64,000 nucleotides of DNA, taken from contig CADAXQ010000007.1 of assembly GCA_902791935.1 (NCBI GenBank), positions 2,338 to 66,337 on the forward strand, in the 5' to 3' direction. Positions within the stretch are counted from its first letter, which is position 1. Each line of letters begins with the position of its first letter. This DNA comes from an uncultured Erysipelotrichaceae bacterium. GTDB taxonomy: Bacteria > Bacillota_I > Bacilli_A > RFN20 > CAG-826. Both the position numbers and the translations under genes were made by a program. Positions 15,987 through 24,953 of the stretch are shown here, piece by piece. The notes beneath the pieces were generated by a model. It did not search any database and was not told where the DNA came from. It saw only the letters and a list, made by a program, of their open reading frames with translations.

Positions 15987-17144
15987 ATGGAAAATGAAGA
16001 AAAGAAAATTCCCCAAGTCATGTTAACGGGGGACCGCCCAACCGGTCGGTTACATATCGGGCATTATGTTGGCTCTCTTCGTCGTCGGGTGGAATTACAA
16101 AATCAAGGTGGATTTGACGAGATGTACATCATGATTGCGGATACTCAGGCGTTAACCGACAACGCTGGGAACGTCACGAAGATTCGCGATAACGTGTTGG
16201 AAGTGGCTTTGGATTATCTTTCGGCCGGTATTGATCCAAACAAAGTCACAATTTTTGTGCAATCCCGCGTTCCCGAACTTTTTGAATTAACCTGCTACTT
16301 CATGGATTTGGTGACGGTCGCAAGACTGGAACGCAATCCTACCGTGAAGAATGAATTAAAGATGCGGGGCTTTGAAGAATCGATTCCGGTTGGTTTCCAA
16401 TGCTACCCCATCTCTCAAGCTGCCGATATTTTGGCGTTTGGCACCACCATCGTTCCTGCTGGTGAAGACCAAGAACCAATGGTTGAGCAAGCACAAGAAA
16501 TCGCGCATAAGTTCAACTCGTTATATGGCGAAGTTTTCGTGGAACCCAAAATCATGTTGCCGGAGAACGAAGCTTCTCGTCGTCTGCCAGGAACGGATGG
16601 CAAAGCAAAGATGTCAAAGTCTTTAGGGAACTGCATTTATCTTTCGGATGACGAAGCAACCGTCAACAAAAAGGTCAAATCCATGTTCACCGATCAGACG
16701 CACCTTCGTGCTGAAGATCCTGGCCATACCGAAAACAACCCTGTCTTCATTTACCTTGAAGCATTCGCGACCGATGATCACTTCAAACGTTTCTATCCCG
16801 AATTCCCCAACCTTGCTGCCTTAGAAGCAGCCTATCGCAAGGGCGGCATTGGTGACGTTCGTGTCAAACAATTCTTAGCCGCCGTTTTAAACGATACATT
16901 GAATCCCATTCGGGCAAGACGCCATGAATGGGAGAATAAAGTGGCAGACGTATATCAAATTTTGGAGCAAGGATCTATCAAAGCCGAAGCGAAAGCCAAG
17001 GAAGTCACTATCCGCGCTCGTCGCGCCATGCAGATTGATTATTTTGAGAATCGCAAGAACATCGAAAAGCAACAAAAGGCTTATCTCAAAGCCCATAAGC
17101 AAGAAGAGGCGTATCAAGCCTATCTTGCCAAGCAAAAGCATTAA
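15987..17144 (+). CDS. trpS: Tryptophan--tRNA ligase with a Lys-rich C-terminal tail
   Basis: Class I motifs TGDRPTGRLHIGHYVG and KMSKS. About 50 extra K/E/Q-rich residues sit at the C terminus. Confidence 0.93.
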   Translation: MENEEKKIPQVMLTGDRPTGRLHIGHYVGSLRRRVELQNQGGFDEMYIMIADTQALTDNAGNVTKIRDNVLEVALDYLSAGIDPNKVTIFVQSRVPELFELTCYFMDLVTVARLERNPTVKNELKMRGFEESIPVGFQCYPISQAADILAFGTTIVPAGEDQEPMVEQAQEIAHKFNSLYGEVFVEPKIMLPENEASRRLPGTDGKAKMSKSLGNCIYLSDDEATVNKKVKSMFTDQTHLRAEDPGHTENNPVFIYLEAFATDDHFKRFYPEFPNLAALEAAYRKGGIGDVRVKQFLAAVLNDTLNPIRARRHEWENKVADVYQILEQGSIKAEAKAKEVTIRARRAMQIDYFENRKNIEKQQKAYLKAHKQEEAYQAYLAKQKH

Positions 17145-17249
17145 TTCGAACTTTATTTCTAACGCCTTGGATGGCGGGAAATAGAAAAATAAGGCAGATA
17201 TATCTCGTTTTTAGCAGTTTTTCGGTTGATAAATTTTCGTATAACTTGG

Positions 17250-17370
17250 AAGCTTTTCAAAGTTTTATATTGGCAAAAATGTCAAAATTTCAAAGTTTTA
17301 TTATTCAAAACTTGTCAAAATTTCAAAACTTTATATCGCAAAAACATGCAATATTTCAAAACTTTTGGTT
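17250..17370. repeat. Four tandem copies of a ~33-bp AT-rich repeat
   Basis: The core TTTCAAA(G/A)(T/C)TTT starts at 17256, 17288, 17321 and 17354 (period 32-33 bp). The array lies between the convergent 3' ends of trpS and rarA. Confidence 0.8.
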
Positions 17371-17453
17371 TTGACGATTCGGACGAATACTGCGTTTTGC
17401 TGTTTTAGAAACAAAACATCCTACTCCTTAGAACGTAGAAACAGGACGCAGGT

Positions 17454-18794
17454 TTACTTTTTCTTACTGTCAGAAGCGCTATGTGCCTTCTTCCATTCTT
17501 TGATGGCTTTTAGGCGTTCCCCATATTTCGCTTCTAGGCCTTGGGTGCCGGGCTGGTAATAGCTCTTTCCCGCTAACGATGGCGGCAAGCATTCCATGGC
17601 AGCCACCTTTTCTTTGGTGTCATGCGCATAGATGTACCCTTCGCCATAGCATAAATCTTTCATTAAGCCAGTCGGGGCATTTCGAATCTGCATCGGCACT
17701 GGTTCATCTAACATGTTTTTCGCATCCGCCGCTGCGCTATCATAAGCGACTTCCATCGCATTGGATTTCGGCGCTAGCGACATGTAAACTACGGCTTCCG
17801 TTAGATTCACGCTACATTCAGGCATCCCAATATCGTGGGCGGCTTGATAAGCAGCAACGGCAATTTCCATCGCGTGAGGATCAGCCATCCCGACATCTTC
17901 CGAAGAGAAGCGGATGATACGTCTTGCGACATAAAGCGGATCCTCTCCGGCTTCTAACATACGAGCCAACCAATACACGGCAGCATCGGGATCGCTATTA
18001 CGCATGGACTTATGCAAGGCAGAGATGATGTTGTAATGTTCTTCGCCATTTCGGTCATAAAGCAAAGACTTCTTAGACGTCACCTGTGTGAATGCTTCTT
18101 GAGTGACAACAACAGTGTCGCCTTCCTTGTCTCCGTTTAAGACTAACATCTCTAATGTGGATAAGGCGCTACGGGCATCCCCATTTGAGAAAACGGCAAT
18201 TCCGTGGAGGATATCCTCGGAAATTTGGATTTTTTCGTTTCCAAAACCCTTGGGAGAAGTTAACGCACGATGGAGCAACGAAACGATGTCATCTTCCGTT
18301 AAGGCATTCAGCACAAATACCTTGCAACGACTTAATAACGCGTTATTGATTTCAAAAGATGGGTTTTCAGTCGTTGCCCCGATTAACGTGATGGAACCTT
18401 TTTCTACATAAGGCAAAAAGGCATCTTGTTGGGCTTTATTGAACCGATGAATTTCATCGACAAAAAGAATGGTCTTCGTACCATATCGGCGGTTCTTCTC
18501 TGCGCTTTCCATGACTTCTTTGATTTCTTTGATGCCAGAAGTCACGGCACTAAACGTGATAAAGTCGGCTTTTGTCCGATTGGCAATAATCCGTGCCAGC
18601 GTTGTTTTGCCAACGCCCGGCGGACCCCAAAAAATCATCGAACCGATTTCATCGTCTTCAATGAGCTTCCGTAAGACTTTGCCTTCGCCTAACAAATGCG
18701 TTTGTCCCACAAACTCTTCTAACGTTTGAGGACGAAGCCGTTCGGCTAACGGAGCATTTTGGTTTTGATCAAAAAACGACGACTGTTGATTCAT
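17454..18794 (-). CDS. rarA: Replication-associated recombination protein A (RarA/MgsA AAA+ ATPase)
   Basis: FWGPPGVGKTTLARIIA Walker A, ILFVDEIHRFNK Walker B, and a MgsA C-terminal domain. Confidence 0.92.
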   Translation of the reverse strand: MNQQSSFFDQNQNAPLAERLRPQTLEEFVGQTHLLGEGKVLRKLIEDDEIGSMIFWGPPGVGKTTLARIIANRTKADFITFSAVTSGIKEIKEVMESAEKNRRYGTKTILFVDEIHRFNKAQQDAFLPYVEKGSITLIGATTENPSFEINNALLSRCKVFVLNALTEDDIVSLLHRALTSPKGFGNEKIQISEDILHGIAVFSNGDARSALSTLEMLVLNGDKEGDTVVVTQEAFTQVTSKKSLLYDRNGEEHYNIISALHKSMRNSDPDAAVYWLARMLEAGEDPLYVARRIIRFSSEDVGMADPHAMEIAVAAYQAAHDIGMPECSVNLTEAVVYMSLAPKSNAMEVAYDSAAADAKNMLDEPVPMQIRNAPTGLMKDLCYGEGYIYAHDTKEKVAAMECLPPSLAGKSYYQPGTQGLEAKYGERLKAIKEWKKAHSASDSKKK

Positions 18795-19070
18795 ACCTAT
18801 ATTCTAGAAGGATTGTTCTCGAAAAGAAAAGACTTCGGATTCGCTGAGAAAGCTTGAAAGTTGAAACTTAGACTGATGCACATTGAAAATAAGGCCATCT
18901 CCTGTCCTTATGATGCATTCGCCTTTGCGTGTTAAAGCACGGGGTGTCTATTTACACCATCCACCGAAAATAACAATTTGTTGTGGAAAATAGAGAAAGA
19001 AGTGGCAGGCTGTTGTTAGACGCCATTCAAATAAACATTAGGGATTAGCAGAATATTGGCTTTAGGGCCC

Positions 19071-20126
19071 TTATTCAAACTGCATTTGGGTCAGCACGAA
19101 TTCTTTAAAACGAGGAAGGCGGAAAGAAAGACGGCCATAGGAAGGTGATTCGCAAACGCCACTCCGGAGCAGCGAGTCACGATAGTAAGAGAAAATATTC
19201 GAATTCATATTCAAGCTGCGGCGGATGGTTTCTATTTTGTCGTCTTGCGCTTGGCACATCGCCTTGACTACCTCTTTGGCGCGAGCCGATAAATCCTCGT
19301 AGATTTTTTGGTAGACGAAATCGGAAAGATAGTAATCGAACTTGTGCAGTAATTCTTCGTCGATCTCTTTCTTGTTGGATTCGAATGCCAGGTAGCCGAG
19401 AAGCTGGTAAGCAAAGGCATACCCTTTCGTTAATTTGCTAAACTGAATGGCCTGATTATCTGACAAGGATAGTTCTTTTTGAAACGATATTTTGATGTTG
19501 TTAAGGTTCAATGCAGTCAAATCTAGTGGCATTGCTCGGTATAAGAAAGTAAGGCTTTTCTCGTTTTTCAAGGAACGGATGTTCTCATAAAGGCCAGTCA
19601 TCAGCAAAAACACCGGGAAATGCTTCCGAACCAAAATCTGGAATTCCTGCGTAAAAGCGCGCATGAATGAGTTGTTCGTCACCTCATCGATTGTAATGAG
19701 AACCTTTTTCCCACTTTTAGCGATGGGAGATAAGATTTCCTCCAACAATGATTCGATATTGGAAATCGGTTTCTCGCCCGTTAACGTGAACGTTAACCCG
19801 TGAAAAGAGAAACTAAATGATTTCTGCGCGAAATGAAATTTCGTCTTGCTCTTTTCGTAAAGTAAAGAGGCCAGGCTTTCCAACAAATTAAGATTAGGAT
19901 TTAATTCGACGACGACCCAATCTTCTTTGGCGTTAAAAACATCTTCGAGATAAGAAAGCAAAACAGTTTTGCCACATCCACGTACGCCGGTAATTAAGAA
20001 AACGCGTGTCGATGGCGATTCACTCGTGAAAGCGGAAACCACCTGATTCACCGCCGTTTCGCGAGGGATCATCAATTTCGGTTCTTCTCCAAAGGATATC
20101 GTAAAGGGGTTTTCTTTTTGCATCAT
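19071..20126 (-). CDS. Orphan P-loop NTPase (Arch_ATPase / AAA_16-like) with a probable C-terminal winged-helix domain
   Basis: Walker A ITGVRGCGKTVLL and Walker B VLITIDEV; 351 aa. SD ggagg. The gene lies in a locally AT-rich segment. Confidence 0.6.
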   Translation of the reverse strand: MMQKENPFTISFGEEPKLMIPRETAVNQVVSAFTSESPSTRVFLITGVRGCGKTVLLSYLEDVFNAKEDWVVVELNPNLNLLESLASLLYEKSKTKFHFAQKSFSFSFHGLTFTLTGEKPISNIESLLEEILSPIAKSGKKVLITIDEVTNNSFMRAFTQEFQILVRKHFPVFLLMTGLYENIRSLKNEKSLTFLYRAMPLDLTALNLNNIKISFQKELSLSDNQAIQFSKLTKGYAFAYQLLGYLAFESNKKEIDEELLHKFDYYLSDFVYQKIYEDLSARAKEVVKAMCQAQDDKIETIRRSLNMNSNIFSYYRDSLLRSGVCESPSYGRLSFRLPRFKEFVLTQMQFE

Positions 20127-20142
20127 GCTTTACCTCCGAAAA

Positions 20143-20240
20143 TATTGTAACTCTTAATAATTTTATAAAAAACTGTAACTTCTAATAATTATTGTAACCT
20201 CTAATAACTTTTATAAAATTTGTAACCTCTAATAACTTTT
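20143..20240. repeat. Tandem duplication of a ~47-bp unit giving four direct copies of TGTAAC(C/T)TCT(T)AATAA(C/T)TT
   Basis: Copies start at 20146, 20174, 20193 and 20221 (spacings 28, 19, 28). A fifth degenerate core ttctaataat lies at 20341-20350. The array covers the promoter region of the 19071-20126 gene. Confidence 0.8.
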
Positions 20241-20467
20241 AAAAAAAGTAAATCATTTAAGCCGCTTAGATGACGCAATAGGATGATAAAGACTATCCTT
20301 TTGCGCTGCCTTGTCTAACTTGGCTTAGGATGAAATGGCATTCTAATAATGATTTCTTGATCAGAAAATCGATTATATCTTTCCTTGTTTTGTGACTATT
20401 TAGATCTTTCGAATTTCTAGTTCAAGCAAAACTTCTTCATTAGCGCCGATAGATTTATAATGAAGAC

Positions 20468-21166
20468 ATGGATTTCTCAGGTTGGGAGAAGCTATCGCTT
20501 CTCGATTATGACAATCGGATTTCGTGTACGCTTTTTACGGCTGGATGTAATTTCCGTTGCCCATTTTGCCATAATGGACCTTTGGTATTAGATCCTTCTA
20601 AGGCGCCAAAAATTCCATGGGACGACATCATGGAATACTTGAAGAAACGGAAAAACGTCTTAGATGCCGTCTGCGTGAGCGGTGGAGAGCCCACCTTAAT
20701 GCCAGATTTATTAGATAAGCTTTCGGATATCAAATCCTTAGGCTATCTGATAAAACTCGATACGAACGGCACAAGACCCGAAGTCGTAGAAATTGCCGTC
20801 CATCAAGGCTTGGTGGACTATGTGGCGATGGATATCAAAGACTCTTTTGAAAAGTATCCTGCCATTACGGGAACCTTGAATGTTGATTTAGACGCCATTC
20901 AAAAGACGATTCATTTCTTGATGTCAGGAGAAGTGGATTATGAATTCCGTACTACTTTAATCGCGGAATACCACACCGAAAAAGACATGGAAGAAATCGG
21001 TTCATATTTACAAGGTGCCAAACGACATTTCTTACAACGTTACATTGATAATCAAGACTGCATTGCTCACGGATTACATATGGTTCCGTACCAAAAAGCC
21101 TTGGTTTTCCAGGCGATTTTACAAAAATATATCCCCGAAGTCTCACTTCGAGGATATGACCGATAA
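20468..21166 (+). CDS. nrdG: Anaerobic ribonucleoside-triphosphate reductase activating protein (radical SAM)
   Basis: CNFRCPFCHN radical-SAM cluster motif; 232 aa; adjacent to nrdD. Confidence 0.88.
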   Translation: MDFSGWEKLSLLDYDNRISCTLFTAGCNFRCPFCHNGPLVLDPSKAPKIPWDDIMEYLKKRKNVLDAVCVSGGEPTLMPDLLDKLSDIKSLGYLIKLDTNGTRPEVVEIAVHQGLVDYVAMDIKDSFEKYPAITGTLNVDLDAIQKTIHFLMSGEVDYEFRTTLIAEYHTEKDMEEIGSYLQGAKRHFLQRYIDNQDCIAHGLHMVPYQKALVFQAILQKYIPEVSLRGYDR

Positions 21167-22060
21167 ATAATGTTGGGCGCTTAAGGAAGCAGTAGCGCCA
21201 TCCCCACAGGCGGTAATGACTTGCCGCCATTTTTTCTTGCGACAATCTCCTGCGGCAAATAAACCCGGAGTGCGGGTTGCCATGTCTTCATCCGTCACGA
21301 TGTAGCCACGATCTAAGTCCACAAGATTGCCGAAGCGATCGTTGTCGGGAATCTGTCCGATGGCCACGAAGGCACCGGCACAGGGAACGGTCACGAGTTC
21401 TTTTGTATTGGTGTTTTGGAACGTAATCGATTCTAAATTGCTTCCCCCGTTAAACGATTGGGCTGAAAGGCAATGCGTAACGGAGATATTGGGGCAATCT
21501 CCTAACGCTTTGACCAATGGAGCGTCGGCAAAGAAGCAGTCAAATAAGGTGATTAACGAGACATGATGGCAAGTCTTAGACAAGAATAAGGCGTACTGTA
21601 ATGCGCTATTGGCATCCCCAATCACCACGACATCTTTGCCAGCATAAAACGAGCCATCGCATACGGCACAATAAGACACGCCATGCCCGAGGAATTTGTC
21701 TTCTCCAGGAATCCCTAAATGACGATGCTTCACACCCGTTGCTAAAATGACGGCACGGCCTTCATAATCGCCATAGGTGCCATGGACTAGGAAACCTTGT
21801 GGGGTTTTCTCTATGCTTTGGGCATCATCCATATCAAAATCCGCGCCTAAAGACGTGACTTGCTCAAACATTTGATTGGAGAGCTCAAGCCCCGAGATTT
21901 CTGAGATGGTCGGATAATTCTCAACCCGTGGGCTGTCGGCAATCTGACCGCCGATCGCTTCTTTTTCTAAGAACTTTACCGAGCAGCCACCCCGAAGTGA
22001 ATAAAGGGCCGCGGTTAATGCCGCTGGCCCTCCTCCGATGATTAAGATATCAGCAGACAT
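21143..22060 (-). CDS. Thioredoxin-reductase-like flavoprotein lacking canonical NADPH-binding residues
   Basis: FAD motif IIGGGPAALTAA and redox CAVCDG. The second dinucleotide motif is GDANSA, and the HRRDxxR segment is replaced by TLFDCFF. It overlaps nrdD by 11 nt. Confidence 0.75.
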   Translation of the reverse strand: MSADILIIGGGPAALTAALYSLRGGCSVKFLEKEAIGGQIADSPRVENYPTISEISGLELSNQMFEQVTSLGADFDMDDAQSIEKTPQGFLVHGTYGDYEGRAVILATGVKHRHLGIPGEDKFLGHGVSYCAVCDGSFYAGKDVVVIGDANSALQYALFLSKTCHHVSLITLFDCFFADAPLVKALGDCPNISVTHCLSAQSFNGGSNLESITFQNTNTKELVTVPCAGAFVAIGQIPDNDRFGNLVDLDRGYIVTDEDMATRTPGLFAAGDCRKKKWRQVITACGDGATASLSAQHYLSVISSK

Positions 22061-24446
22061 GCTTCACTTTCTCGATGTAGCCTTTGATCTGTGAGGCATT
22101 CTCGTAGACGTCATAGCTATCCCCGTGCGGAACGATTAAAGTTGGCGCACTGGTAATGCCATAAGTCTTCGTTTCTTCGGCATGGCTTGCAGCATCTACA
22201 TTCGTGTAAGCGATATGATCGCGGTCAAGCATCATCTTGGCCATTTTGCAATTGGGGCAAGTCGGTGAGGTGAATAACAAAGGCTGTGTCAATTTCTCTT
22301 GCGCGATATGTGCTTCGCGACAAGCGCATTCGTCTTCTGGGCCTTGATGATTGAGCACGGAGTGCGCTGGATCATAGGTCTTCCGATCACGGAATTCTTG
22401 GAGTTTGCCATCATTCCAGTTCTTGACGGGGCGATAGTAGCCAGTGATACGGCTATAGACTTCGGTTTCTTTGCCACAGATCGGGCATTTCCAAACTTCG
22501 CCCGAGAGGTAACCATGATCTTCGCAGACCGAGTACGTCGGGGAGATGGTGTAATAGGGTAACTTGTAGTTTTCTGCAATCTTACGGACTAAGCGCATGC
22601 AAGATTCCCAGTTCGGGAGTCGTTGTCCTAAGAAGGCATGGAAGACGGTGCCAGAGGTGTATAACGTCTGGAAACGATCTTCGGTGTCAAGCGCTTCAAA
22701 GATATCGGAAGTATAGCCAACCGGTAAGTGAGAAGAGTTCGTGTAGTATGGGGTTTCTCCACTCTTACCAGCTGTGATGATGTCGGGATAGCGTTCCTTA
22801 TCGTGTTTTGCCAAACGATAGGCGGTGGATTCTGCCGGCGTTGCTTCGAGGTTAAAGAGGTCGCCATAACGTTCCTGATAATCAGAAAGACGAGAACGCA
22901 TATGATTTAAGACTTCCACGGTGAAGTCATCGGCTTCTGGATGCGTTAAATCCGCTTTGATCCAACGGGCATTCAAGCAAGCTTCGTTCATGCCTACCAG
23001 ACCAATCGTGGAGAAATGGTTCTTGAAGCTCCCAAGATAATGCTTGGTATAAGGATATAAGCCGGCATCCATTAATTTCTCAATGGTTTTCCGTTTGATA
23101 TTCAAGGAACGAGCGGCAATATCCATTAAGTGATCGAGCCGTTGATAGAAGTCGGCTTTGTCGGTGGCAAGGTAAGCAATCCGCGGGATGTTTAGTGTGA
23201 CAACACCGATAGAACCCGTGGATTCGCCGCTTCCGAAATAGCCGCCCGATTTTTTCCGGAGTTCCCGTAAGTCCAACCGTAAACGGCAGCACATTGAACG
23301 AACATCACTTGGCTTCATATCCGAGTTGATGTAGTTCGAGAAATAAGGTGTGCCATATTTGGCCGTCATCGTAAAGAGAAGACGGTTATTTTCCGTATCG
23401 GACCAGTCAAAGTCTTTCGTGATGGAATAGGTCGGGATGGGATATTGGAATCCACGGCCGTTCGCATCGCCTTCGATCATCGTTTCGATGAAGGCTTTGT
23501 TCACCATATCCATTTCTTTTTGACAATCGCCATAGGTAAAGTCTTGTTCTTTGCCGCCGACAATGGCAGGGAGATTCTTTAAATCATCGGGAACAACCCA
23601 ATCTAACGTGATGTTCGTGAATGGTGCTTGCGTGCCCCAACGAGAGGGGGTATTCACACCATAGATGAAGGATTGGATGCATTGCTTTACCTCTTTATAA
23701 GAGAGGTTGTCTTTCTTCACAAACGGAGCGAGATAGGTATCAAACGAAGAGAACGCTTGTGCGCCAGCCCATTCGTTTTGCATGATGCCTAAGAAGTTCA
23801 CCATTTGGTTGCATAAGGTCATTAAGTGGTTCGCCGGAGAGGAAGTGATTTTTCCCGGAACACCGCCTAAGCCTTGTTGAATGAGCTGCTTTAATGACCA
23901 ACCAGCACAATAGCCAGTTAACATGGACAGGTCATGGATATGCATGTCGGCATTGCGGTGTGCATCGGCAATTTCTTTGTCGTAAATTTGCGATAACCAG
24001 TAGTTAGCCGTAACAGCGCCAGAGTTCGAAAGAATCAAACCGCCGACGGAATAAGTGACGGTCGAATTCTCTTTGACACGCCAGTCACTTACTTTGAGAT
24101 AGTTGTCTACCACGGCAGCATAGTCGAGTTGTGTTTTCTTAAAATTCCGTAAATCGGCATGGGTGCGGCGATATTCCATATAGGATTTAGCCACATCAGT
24201 ATAGCCAGCTTGGATTAAGACGGTTTCCACGGAATCTTGAATTTGCTCCACCCCGATGGTGTCGTTCTTGATTTCCGGATTAAAGTCAGCCGTCACGCGG
24301 ATGGCCAATATCTCCACGATGTTGGCTGGCACATTCTTGTGCTCAGCACAAAAAGCGCGGTCCAACGCACTTTCAATTTTCTTCAGATCGAAATCAACAA
24401 TCGACCCATCTCTTTTTTGAACTCTTAACATATGATGGTGCTCCAT
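22050..24446 (-). CDS. nrdD: Anaerobic (class III) ribonucleotide reductase NrdD with a C-terminal thioredoxin/NrdH-like domain
   Basis: ATP-cone start (VQKRDGSIVDFDLKKI), Zn site CEDHG...CPICG and glycyl-radical motif RITGYYRPV. About 110 further aa end in a CPNC thioredoxin fold (CPNC = complement of 22248-22259). The second ATG at 24431 is an alternative start. Confidence 0.9.
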   Translation of the reverse strand: MEHHHMLRVQKRDGSIVDFDLKKIESALDRAFCAEHKNVPANIVEILAIRVTADFNPEIKNDTIGVEQIQDSVETVLIQAGYTDVAKSYMEYRRTHADLRNFKKTQLDYAAVVDNYLKVSDWRVKENSTVTYSVGGLILSNSGAVTANYWLSQIYDKEIADAHRNADMHIHDLSMLTGYCAGWSLKQLIQQGLGGVPGKITSSPANHLMTLCNQMVNFLGIMQNEWAGAQAFSSFDTYLAPFVKKDNLSYKEVKQCIQSFIYGVNTPSRWGTQAPFTNITLDWVVPDDLKNLPAIVGGKEQDFTYGDCQKEMDMVNKAFIETMIEGDANGRGFQYPIPTYSITKDFDWSDTENNRLLFTMTAKYGTPYFSNYINSDMKPSDVRSMCCRLRLDLRELRKKSGGYFGSGESTGSIGVVTLNIPRIAYLATDKADFYQRLDHLMDIAARSLNIKRKTIEKLMDAGLYPYTKHYLGSFKNHFSTIGLVGMNEACLNARWIKADLTHPEADDFTVEVLNHMRSRLSDYQERYGDLFNLEATPAESTAYRLAKHDKERYPDIITAGKSGETPYYTNSSHLPVGYTSDIFEALDTEDRFQTLYTSGTVFHAFLGQRLPNWESCMRLVRKIAENYKLPYYTISPTYSVCEDHGYLSGEVWKCPICGKETEVYSRITGYYRPVKNWNDGKLQEFRDRKTYDPAHSVLNHQGPEDECACREAHIAQEKLTQPLLFTSPTCPNCKMAKMMLDRDHIAYTNVDAASHAEETKTYGITSAPTLIVPHGDSYDVYENASQIKGYIEKVKHVC

Positions 24447-24953
24447 TCCTAAGAAACAAAGTGATTTTAGGGGGCAATAAAAAGGCAGCTTTTACACTAC
24501 CCCACGATAAAGGGTCAACCACTTTGGTGCCTAGCAAACTTATCTTTAAACAAGCAAAACGGAATTTCAACGAAAAAAGCGGGACTGAAGTTGAAGAAAC
24601 TTTTACATCGATTTTTCATTTTGCTTTCTTAGGTATCAATTTCTTCATTCACCACCCGAAATTTCATTCAAATCACAAAGCGGATGCGAGGGGAAATACC
24701 GATTATACGCTGTATAAAATTTTGGCATTATAATTCGATGAATGGCTGTTTTTACAATTTTCAAAACGAAAATGTCGCAAAAAAAGAGAAGCATTTCAGA
24801 CTAAAAAGAGGTGAAGCAGCATTCGCTTTCTTTCGAAAGTGACCCGACTTTCTTTCGAATCCTGATTCTTTTTTCTATATTTGTATATTTTTTCGCTTCC
24901 ATTTGCATTTTTCAGGCTTAGAATAACCTTACGTTGCCCGGAGGTTTCAAATT

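Noticed and set aside
17171-17408. ORFs 17171-17374 and 17226-17408 with the repeating peptide KFQSFI/KFQNFI.
   Set aside because: The periodic peptide is simply the translation of the 33-bp DNA tandem repeat. There is no RBS and the composition is AT-rich intergenic, so I treated it as a DNA repeat rather than a CDS.
17250-20240. Whether the two repeat arrays (17250-17370 and 20143-20240) are CRISPR arrays.
   Set aside because: The units are 19-33 bp with almost no unique spacer content, only four copies each, and irregular 19/28-bp spacing in the second array. No cas genes are present in the window.
24461-24733. The 90-aa ORF in the nrdD-mscL intergenic region.
   Set aside because: It has no RBS, starts with a non-ATG codon in the track and has odd composition. 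It lies within the probable nrdD leader on the opposite strand.
24447-24740. Cobalamin riboswitch or NrdR boxes in the nrdD leader.
   Set aside because: There is no B12-box-like GCCACUG / AGUCAGG..CCUGCC element on the minus strand. The only palindrome (tatac-gct-gtata) is a poor match to the 16-bp NrdR consensus.
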